A DNA stretch of 64,000 bases, from NCBI GenBank assembly GCA_902569245.1, contig CACFTO010000001.1:12066-76065 (forward strand), in the 5' to 3' direction. A model generated the notes under the pieces. That model had not been told where the DNA came from. It saw only the letters and a program-made list of their open reading frames with translations, and did not search any database. The translations under genes were made by a program, and so were the position numbers. Each line of letters opens with the position of its first letter. Within the stretch, counting starts at the first letter, position 1. The stretch comes from an uncultured Pelagibacteraceae bacterium. GTDB lineage: Bacteria > Pseudomonadota > Alphaproteobacteria > Pelagibacterales > Pelagibacteraceae. Of the stretch, positions 1 to 6,293 are shown in pieces.

Positions 1-328
1 TGTCAACTTTTGCTGCAAGTACAAAATCGCTTTCGTGCAAACCATTTATTGCATGAGTTTGTATTTTGATTTTTGCATATCCCCAACCAAACCAAATATC
101 TGGGTGATGTCCTTCTTGTTCAGCAATCTCACCAACTTTATTAACAAAAGATTGGCTTTCTAAAAAATTGTTAAATTTATAACTTTTAACTATATAATAA
201 TCTTTATTGTTATCTGATACCACATTCCATCCATCAACTTTCTTAAGGTATTTATGGATTTCATCTAAATCAAAGCTAGGGATACCTCCTTCACAAGGTA
301 TACACTTTTTGTCTGCTAAATCACTCAT
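1..328 (-). CDS. phhB: Pterin-4-alpha-carbinolamine dehydratase (3' end runs off window)
   Basis: Manual translation from ATG at 328: MSDLADKKCIPCEGG...EIAEQEGHHPDIWFGWG...IQTHAINGLHESDFVLAAKVD; HHPD and THxxxGL motifs; absent from ORF track. Confidence 0.9.
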   Translation of the reverse strand, partial: MSDLADKKCIPCEGGIPSFDLDEIHKYLKKVDGWNVVSDNNKDYYIVKSYKFNNFLESQSFVNKVGEIAEQEGHHPDIWFGWGYAKIKIQTHAINGLHESDFVLAAKVD

Positions 329-1172
329 TTGGATTGTAACCTAAATCATTTAAGTCGTTTTGTAAATTTTTATTTAATTGAGTAAGGATATTTTTTGGTA
401 AAATTTTTTCCCATCTATTATTAAAACCAAGATTAAAAAATGGTTTTTTTTTTCCATTGCTAGAAATTACACTCTCTTCAAATCCTTCATTTTGTTCTTT
501 ATTCTTTAGGTTTGTAAAATTTGTCGATCTAATAGAATTAAGCAACTTTTTTTCGTCTATTTCTAATTTATTACGTTTAATACTATTAATAAACTTTATT
601 ACATTTTTAAACGTATCATATTTATTATTCTCCAAGTCCTCATATTTTATAAATAAAGTTTTAAATTCTGTTGTATTTTTCCAAGATTTATAATGAGTTG
701 ACCAAGACCCAAGGAAAGTAAAATTACTATAATCGTTGTTTAAAGACTTTTCCAATAAAGATGCATTCTCATCCATAATTTTATGGTATGCTTGGTCATA
801 ATTTAATGAATAATGATGAGTCAAAGAACTTACTATATTTCTAGGATCTCTTACAATATATATTGCTCCAAGAGTTTGCTGGTTAGTAGTAAATTTATTT
901 CCATTAAATTTGTCTAAAGTATTGTGAGTTTTAACAAAGTGGACTTTATTATTATTATTTATGAAAAATTGATTTTGATTAAAAATCCAATTCTGACTTG
1001 CCTCATCTTCTGAAAAAATATTTTTTTTTGTAAATTTTAAAGATGGAAACTGAAGAATATTTAAAAGTAAATCAAAATCGAATTTTCCTTTTTTAGAAAA
1101 GAAATATGAAGATATAAAAGATCTTAAATAAGTATTCCCACTTTTGGGATAAGATGCGATCCAAATAATCAT
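321..1172 (-). CDS. PAPS-dependent sulfotransferase (Sulfotransfer_1 type)
   Basis: MIIWIASYPKSGNT 5'-PSB loop, KTH, IVRDPRN 3'-PB motif; start moved to ATG 1172 because the longer ORF overlaps the tRNA. Confidence 0.88.
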   Translation of the reverse strand: MIIWIASYPKSGNTYLRSFISSYFFSKKGKFDFDLLLNILQFPSLKFTKKNIFSEDEASQNWIFNQNQFFINNNNKVHFVKTHNTLDKFNGNKFTTNQQTLGAIYIVRDPRNIVSSLTHHYSLNYDQAYHKIMDENASLLEKSLNNDYSNFTFLGSWSTHYKSWKNTTEFKTLFIKYEDLENNKYDTFKNVIKFINSIKRNKLEIDEKKLLNSIRSTNFTNLKNKEQNEGFEESVISSNGKKKPFFNLGFNNRWEKILPKNILTQLNKNLQNDLNDLGYNPNE

Positions 1173-1183
1173 ATTGATATTTA

Positions 1184-1258
1184 TGGAGCGGGCAATGGGA
1201 CTCGAACCCACGACCTTCTCGTTGGCAACGAGACGCTCTACCACTGAGCTATGCCCGC
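1184..1258 (-). tRNA. tRNA-Gly(GCC)
   Basis: Reverse complement GCGGGCATAGCTCAGTGGTAGAGCGTCTCGTTGCCAACGAGAAGGTCGTGGGTTCGAGTCCCATTGCCCGCTCCA folds as a cloverleaf, anticodon GCC, encoded CCA. Confidence 0.98.
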
Positions 1259-1300
1259 TTATTAAAAATCATTATAGATAGCGGTTTTTATAAATGCAAG
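1218..1300. repeat. 83-bp direct repeat copy 1 (tRNA-Gly 5' half plus promoter); att-like junction
   Basis: 80/83 identical to 2865-2947 by manual alignment. Confidence 0.95.
1271..1299 (-). promoter_or_regulatory. sigma70 promoter of tRNA-Gly
   Basis: TTGCAT-17 nt-TATAAT on minus strand just upstream of the tRNA 5' end. Confidence 0.85.
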
Positions 1301-1331
1301 TATTAGTTAAATTAGTAAAATTTATCACCAA

Positions 1332-1373
1332 CTGTGTCGTGAGTGTGTCGAGATTTTTTTAAAACTTTACATG
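1332..1373. repeat. Putative recombinase arm-type sites, tRNA-proximal end
   Basis: CTGTGTCG (1332) and GTGTGTCG (1343) 11 bp apart, then TTTACATG (1366); the same motifs recur at 2777-2825. Confidence 0.55.
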
Positions 1374-1384
1374 AAAGTTTATGT

Positions 1385-1402
1385 TGGGGGCTAACGCCCC
1401 CA
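1385..1402 (-). terminator. GC-rich hairpin downstream of cargo gene, probable terminator
   Basis: TGGGGGC-taac-GCCCCCA perfect 7-bp stem 17 nt after the stop; U-tract weak. Confidence 0.55.
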
Positions 1403-1419
1403 CAGGCTTAATTTAGTTA

Positions 1420-2670
1420 TTAATCTAAGCTATAAATTGTAACTGATTTTTCTTTGTCAACTTCATTAGCACTTATAAATAAGTTCCGTTGTGGAATAGC
1501 AACCAAACCTTCTGGTCCAATACCCGTTGGTAAAATAGCAACTAATTCTGGGTTTTTCAAATCGTTTGCTTTATAAACGCCGATAGCATTTGCTCTTTCA
1601 GCACCAACAAAGATATAACGTGTATCACCATATATTGCTACTTCAACTGACTCTGGTTCTACACCTTTTTTCTCTGCACGTTTTTCTGGCCAGTAACCTG
1701 CTGAAGCGAGTGCTCTTTCATATGACGAACCTGACTCGTATACCACCGAACCATTTTTATTGAAGATTGTCCATCCACGACTACCACCACGTTTCGCTTG
1801 ACCTGGTGCTTCATGTTTATAGTCACCTTCATTTGCAGTTGCAAAATGATCATCGTCAATCCACTTAACTGCGTCTGGTTCTCTACGAACATTCTCAATG
1901 GTATCAACCATCTTTAGTTCACCATCTTTTTTGTTATCAATACCTACTAATGTTACTAGTCCTGCATCAAACTCTGAAATTACTTTTCCACTTCGATCAA
2001 TAACCGCCATCCAGTTATTCTCTTGCATAGTAACAACTATTTCACCTAAATTATTGATATCAACAAACTCAGGCTCTGGATCGTTAGGAGCAATAGTTGA
2101 AAAACCAACTAAGTCCGCTTTAGTAACACTGTTATCTGCTAAATTAATAATTGCCACAAAACCCCCTGGAAGTTGTGGAATTTTTTCATCGTTGATATCT
2201 TCGTTACGTTCATTTTCAATAGCTACTGCCACAAAAGTTCCATCTGGACTAACTGCAACCGAGTCTGGCTGTCCACCTAGTTCTACTTTTGTAACTTCTT
2301 TTCCTGAGGCAAGATCAACAACTAATAAGTGACCACTTGGCTCTACATAGTTTGGAGAAGTATTAATACCTACAAATGCTTGTCCATTTTTGATTGCAAC
2401 ACTAGTTGGTTCACCACCTAAATTCATGTGGCCTAATGGTTTCGGATTTGCTGGATCAGTAATATCAATCATGCCTAATGCGTTTGCAGGGCTATCGCTA
2501 TATACCAGTTTCATGCCATCTGCTGTTGCCGCAATTATTTCTGCTGATGTTTCTTCTGCACTAGGGTTATTTGCTGGTGTTCCAAATTTCCCAATTTCTT
2601 TAAAGTCTGCATTTACTGTGCTAACAAATGCGGTTGAGGCCAGAAGGCCTGCTAAGATAAATTTTATCAT
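1420..2670 (-). CDS. Secreted beta-propeller protein, choice-of-anchor I / atypical alkaline phosphatase-like
   Basis: Signal peptide MIKFILAGLLASTAFVSTVNA; motifs GGQPDSVAVSPDG, AIENE, DPEPE, ATANEGD, KGVEPE, GPEGL; AAGGA SD before ATG 2670. Confidence 0.7.
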   Translation of the reverse strand: MIKFILAGLLASTAFVSTVNADFKEIGKFGTPANNPSAEETSAEIIAATADGMKLVYSDSPANALGMIDITDPANPKPLGHMNLGGEPTSVAIKNGQAFVGINTSPNYVEPSGHLLVVDLASGKEVTKVELGGQPDSVAVSPDGTFVAVAIENERNEDINDEKIPQLPGGFVAIINLADNSVTKADLVGFSTIAPNDPEPEFVDINNLGEIVVTMQENNWMAVIDRSGKVISEFDAGLVTLVGIDNKKDGELKMVDTIENVRREPDAVKWIDDDHFATANEGDYKHEAPGQAKRGGSRGWTIFNKNGSVVYESGSSYERALASAGYWPEKRAEKKGVEPESVEVAIYGDTRYIFVGAERANAIGVYKANDLKNPELVAILPTGIGPEGLVAIPQRNLFISANEVDKEKSVTIYSLD

Positions 2671-2712
2671 TATATATTCCTTTTTGTTTTTATGGAAAGA
2701 TATCAAAACAAG

Positions 2713-2741
2713 ATGAAAAATTTGTAACAGTTTAATTACAA
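2713..2741 (-). promoter_or_regulatory. Pho-box-like tandem repeats
   Basis: Minus strand TTGTAAT-n4-CTGTTAC-n4-TTTTCAT, exact 11-bp period, resembling the PhoB half-site CTGTCAT. Confidence 0.55.
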
Positions 2742-2776
2742 TTATATTTTATTCCACTCACCATAGTTTTTCTTTT

Positions 2777-2825
2777 CTGTGTCGAAGTGTGGCCGTCAGT
2801 GTGGCCGAAAACATTTACATGTCGA
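2777..2825. repeat. Putative recombinase arm-type sites, distal end
   Basis: CTGTGTCG (2777), AGTGTGGCCG x2 (2786, 2798), TTTACATGTCGA (2814). Confidence 0.55.
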
Positions 2826-2864
2826 ATAAGGATTGATTAGTCTTGCAAAAGGAACGTGGACTAC

Positions 2865-2947
2865 CTCGTTGGCAACGAGACGCTCTACCACTGAGCTATG
2901 CCCGCCTATTAAAAAACATTATAGATAGCGGTTTTTAGAAATGCAAG
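2865..2947. repeat. 83-bp direct repeat copy 2: truncated tRNA-Gly 5' half (2865-2905) plus intact promoter (2918-2946)
   Basis: 41/41 identity to tRNA nt 1-41, no T-arm or 3' acceptor strand; TTGCAT-17-TATAAT retained. Confidence 0.95.
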
Positions 2948-3112
2948 CAATATTAAATTTGAATAAATTTTTGATAATCTGTGTAACCTAGTGAATTTAT
3001 ACTTCTTAGAATTTATTTAAAACTAATTAAAATTTTAATTTTAACAATTTTGTGTTGCTGAAATATTAAGCCATTAATATGGATCTCAAAAAAAATATGA
3101 TAAATTCTCATA

Positions 3113-3937
3113 ATGAGTAATATAAAAAAACAGATCTTTAAGCATGGAATTTTCTCCTATTATACAAACGATGAGTACATTGGAAAAAGTTTATCAGAAT
3201 ATGGAGAATGGTCAGAAACTGAGGTTGTTTTATTAAAACAATTAGTAAAAGATAATGAGAATATAATTGAGATAGGATCAAACATAGGAACCCATACAAT
3301 TCCTTTGGCAAAACATGTGTTAAATGGTGGGCTAGTATATGCAATAGAACCTCAATCTCAAAACTATAAACTTTTATCAGAAAACATTAAGGATAATAAA
3401 TTAAAAAATGTTAAAATTTTAAAATTAGCAATTTCATCAAAAAAGGGTGAGGCTTATATGAATATTTTTAATGAAAATTTGTTAAATAATTATGGAGATT
3501 CTAAAATTTTTGAAAATAATTTTCTAAATTCTGAAAGTGTAACAGTGAAAACTTTAGATCAATTATTTTATGTTGATAATAAGAAAAAAGAACCAATAAA
3601 ATTAATAAAATGTGATGCGCAAGGACAAGAGCTTAATATTATCTTGGGTTCAAAGAAAATTATAGATACATATAAACCTTTTCTTTATTTAGAAAATGAT
3701 GAGTTAAACACTTCAAAAACACTAATAGAAAAACTAAAAGGTATGGGGTATATTATGTTTTGGCATCTGCCACCACTATACAATCCAAATAATTTTTTAA
3801 AAAATAAAAAGAACATTTTTCCTAAAATAATTTCTTGTAATATGTTATGTATTCATCAAAGCACAGAGATTAAACTAAGCGAAGATTGGAAAAAATTTAG
3901 AATTAAAAATAGTGATGATCATCCATTTAAAAAATGA
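3113..3937 (+). CDS. FkbM family SAM-dependent methyltransferase
   Basis: EIGSNIGTHT, AIEPQ, LIKCDAQGQE motifs. Confidence 0.85.
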   Translation: MSNIKKQIFKHGIFSYYTNDEYIGKSLSEYGEWSETEVVLLKQLVKDNENIIEIGSNIGTHTIPLAKHVLNGGLVYAIEPQSQNYKLLSENIKDNKLKNVKILKLAISSKKGEAYMNIFNENLLNNYGDSKIFENNFLNSESVTVKTLDQLFYVDNKKKEPIKLIKCDAQGQELNIILGSKKIIDTYKPFLYLENDELNTSKTLIEKLKGMGYIMFWHLPPLYNPNNFLKNKKNIFPKIISCNMLCIHQSTEIKLSEDWKKFRIKNSDDHPFKK

Positions 3938-4011
3938 TATTTATATGAATTATTTAATATATCTTGAATATAATACAATCTCAAATACTATCATTAATAC
4001 GTATACTAATC

Positions 4012-5304
4012 ATGAATTTTCCTAATGAATTTAAAGATATTGTAATCAATTATAATAATAAAAATTTCAATGAAGCACTTAAACTTTTAAACAATCTTCC
4101 AAAAAAAGAGGAGTTTGAAAAGTTTAAAATTAAACTTTATGCTTCTATATATTTTCTTACGGGAAAATGGATACAATCTCTTACTTATCACAATAAAATA
4201 GTTGAGAAAAATGAGGCAAGTTTTGAAGATTATAACAATTTAGCTGTATCATTATTCAACCTTGGTAGGATAACAGAAACCATAACCTATTTTAAAAAAT
4301 GTATTGAAATTAATAATAAAGCAGAACTTCCTTATCAAAACCTTGGTACATCATATTTACATCTTGGAAATTATGAACAGGCAATTGACTGTTTTACAAA
4401 TGCACTTTCTTTGAATAATAGAAATAATAATTGTAAAATAATGACCATAGATATTTTGAATTATATAGTTCCAAAAACAAATCAAAATAATCTTTTATTA
4501 AAGTTAAACGAGAAAGTACTAAATAATTTCAGCGATGAAAAATTAAACAAGATCCCAAAATATGAATTAATAATTCAACTAATTGATATAATTAAAGACG
4601 ATTTAGGTAAAGAGGAGCATAAAATTATTTATAACAAAACTGAAATTTTCAGAAGAAATACTGAAAATTTGAATTGTGGAAGACATTTTAAAGTTTTTAA
4701 TAAATTTAGCGTTATACCTGAATATTGTTTTAGTTGTTACAAGGTTCAAATAAGCACAAAAAATGTGTTTAGCCTGATAAAACTATTTTTTCTTTTTAAT
4801 ACAAATTATCTAGAAAATAATAATGTTAGAAAATGTATGGTTGAGACTAGAAGCAATGTTAAAGAAAATTTTAAAGGATTTATTTATTGTAGGAGTTTAG
4901 ATGAAGCAAAAAAAATTTTAGAAATTTCAGAGTCTAAATTAATTGAAAATGAAATTGATTATAAAAAAATTGAAATTAAGCATGGATGTACTGAGTATTA
5001 TGAAAAGCATCCAAATTTTAAAAAAATCAACTATAATGGTGAACAAGAAATGTCTTATGAGAAATCATGGAAAAAGTATGAGAAATTAGTTGACGATAAT
5101 TCACCCCCTTTTAGTGAAAGAGTTATAAACCCAACTATAAATAAAATTAATTTATCGGATATATTGATTATTAAAAATTGGTTAGATTATGCTGAGATAG
5201 TTGGTGACAATTCATTTGAAAAAATTTATAGCAGTAATGTCTCGTCAAACTTTTTGTCTCAAATACTAAAAAATCAAATAACTTTTAGAAAACAACAATT
5301 TTAA
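4012..5304 (+). CDS. TPR repeat protein with Cys-containing C-terminal domain
   Basis: YNNLAVSLFNLG / YQNLGTSYLHLG TPR helices; ATG 4012 preferred over TTG 3964. Confidence 0.75.
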   Translation: MNFPNEFKDIVINYNNKNFNEALKLLNNLPKKEEFEKFKIKLYASIYFLTGKWIQSLTYHNKIVEKNEASFEDYNNLAVSLFNLGRITETITYFKKCIEINNKAELPYQNLGTSYLHLGNYEQAIDCFTNALSLNNRNNNCKIMTIDILNYIVPKTNQNNLLLKLNEKVLNNFSDEKLNKIPKYELIIQLIDIIKDDLGKEEHKIIYNKTEIFRRNTENLNCGRHFKVFNKFSVIPEYCFSCYKVQISTKNVFSLIKLFFLFNTNYLENNNVRKCMVETRSNVKENFKGFIYCRSLDEAKKILEISESKLIENEIDYKKIEIKHGCTEYYEKHPNFKKINYNGEQEMSYEKSWKKYEKLVDDNSPPFSERVINPTINKINLSDILIIKNWLDYAEIVGDNSFEKIYSSNVSSNFLSQILKNQITFRKQQF

Positions 5305-5442
5305 TACTTACAAGTTAATGGATCGAAATACAGTTAAAACCTATCCATAATGAATTAAATCATATGCAGCAACTGCATATCCGCATATAGCAATTAATAT
5401 TTGCATTGAAAGACCATTTTGGGTCATATCACAATATGCATT
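5260..5442 (+). repeat. 183-bp dispersed repeat copy A (TPR gene tail plus non-coding module)
   Basis: Ungapped match, about 159/183, to reverse complement of 33033-33215. Confidence 0.92.
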
Positions 5443-5452
5443 TTAAAACATA

Positions 5453-6286
5453 ATGATTGTTTGGATTTCTTCCTATCCGAAAAGTGGTAACACTTGGATT
5501 AGAACTTTTATATCAACTTACTATTTAAGTAGTAATGATAAATTTAATTTTAAAATGTTAAAGAATATTCGGCAATTTCCGCATGAAAAATTCTTTAACA
5601 AAAAAATTACTGACATAAACTCAGCAATAAACAATTGGGATTTAGCTCAAAATAATATCAATCTAAAAAATGAATTGATATTTCTTAAAACTCATGCAGC
5701 TCTTGTAAAAATCAATAATATACCTTTTACAAACAATAAAAATACTTTAGGAGCAATTTATGTTGTTAGAGATCCTAGAAATGTTGTCACTTCTATAGCA
5801 AATCATTATCAATTAACATTCGATGAGTCTTTAGAATTTATGACTAATAAAAAAAAATTTCTAATGAAAAAAAATGATCCATCTAATTTTGGTAATTTTA
5901 CATTTTTAAACTCATGGTCTGAACACTACAAATCTTGGCTACATACAAAACAATTCAATTTACTTTTTATAAAATATGAAGATTTAGAAAATGATACATT
6001 TAATACATTTAAAAAAATTGTAGAATTTTTAAACAAAATCATGAAAAAAAAGGAAAAAATTGATAGCAATCGACTTACCAAAATAATTGATGCTGTCAGT
6101 TTTGAATCACTAAAAAAAAAAGAGAATGATGAAGGTTTTCCAGAAGCAGTAATGAATAATGAAAAACAAAAAATAAGCTTTTTTTATTTGGGTAAAGAGA
6201 ATAAATGGCAAAATCTACTTTCTACAAAACAAATAAACATAATAAATAATATATTTAATCATGATTTAAATAAACTTGGATATTAA
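5453..6286 (+). CDS. PAPS-dependent sulfotransferase
   Basis: MIVWISSYPKSGNTW, KTH, VVRDPRN. Confidence 0.88.
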   Translation: MIVWISSYPKSGNTWIRTFISTYYLSSNDKFNFKMLKNIRQFPHEKFFNKKITDINSAINNWDLAQNNINLKNELIFLKTHAALVKINNIPFTNNKNTLGAIYVVRDPRNVVTSIANHYQLTFDESLEFMTNKKKFLMKKNDPSNFGNFTFLNSWSEHYKSWLHTKQFNLLFIKYEDLENDTFNTFKKIVEFLNKIMKKKEKIDSNRLTKIIDAVSFESLKKKENDEGFPEAVMNNEKQKISFFYLGKENKWQNLLSTKQINIINNIFNHDLNKLGY

Positions 6287-6293
6287 ATTATAT

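Larger units (their letters stand above)
1218..2947. mobile_element. Integrase-less 1.65 kb cassette integrated at tRNA-Gly
   Basis: Flanking direct repeats 1647 bp apart ending at the anticodon arm; internal short repeats at both ends; single cargo gene visibly richer in GC than its flanks; no recombinase ORF. Confidence 0.8.

Noticed and set aside
1173-1244. N-terminal extension of the 307-aa ORF (MVERLVANEKVVGSSP...)
   Set aside because: It is a translation of the tRNA-Gly gene; paralogs start at MIIW.
2777-2825. Possible CRISPR or mini-array
   Set aside because: Repeats are 8-10 bp with 1-2 bp gaps, no spacers and no cas genes.
2865-2905. Second tRNA-Gly gene
   Set aside because: Only the 5' 41 nt are present; no T-arm or 3' acceptor strand, so it is a repeat fragment.
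5341-5427. Minus-strand 28-aa ORF (MTQNGLSMQILIAICGYAVAAYDLIHYG) inside the repeated module
   Set aside because: The second copy has in-frame stops in this frame, so the module is not conserved as coding.
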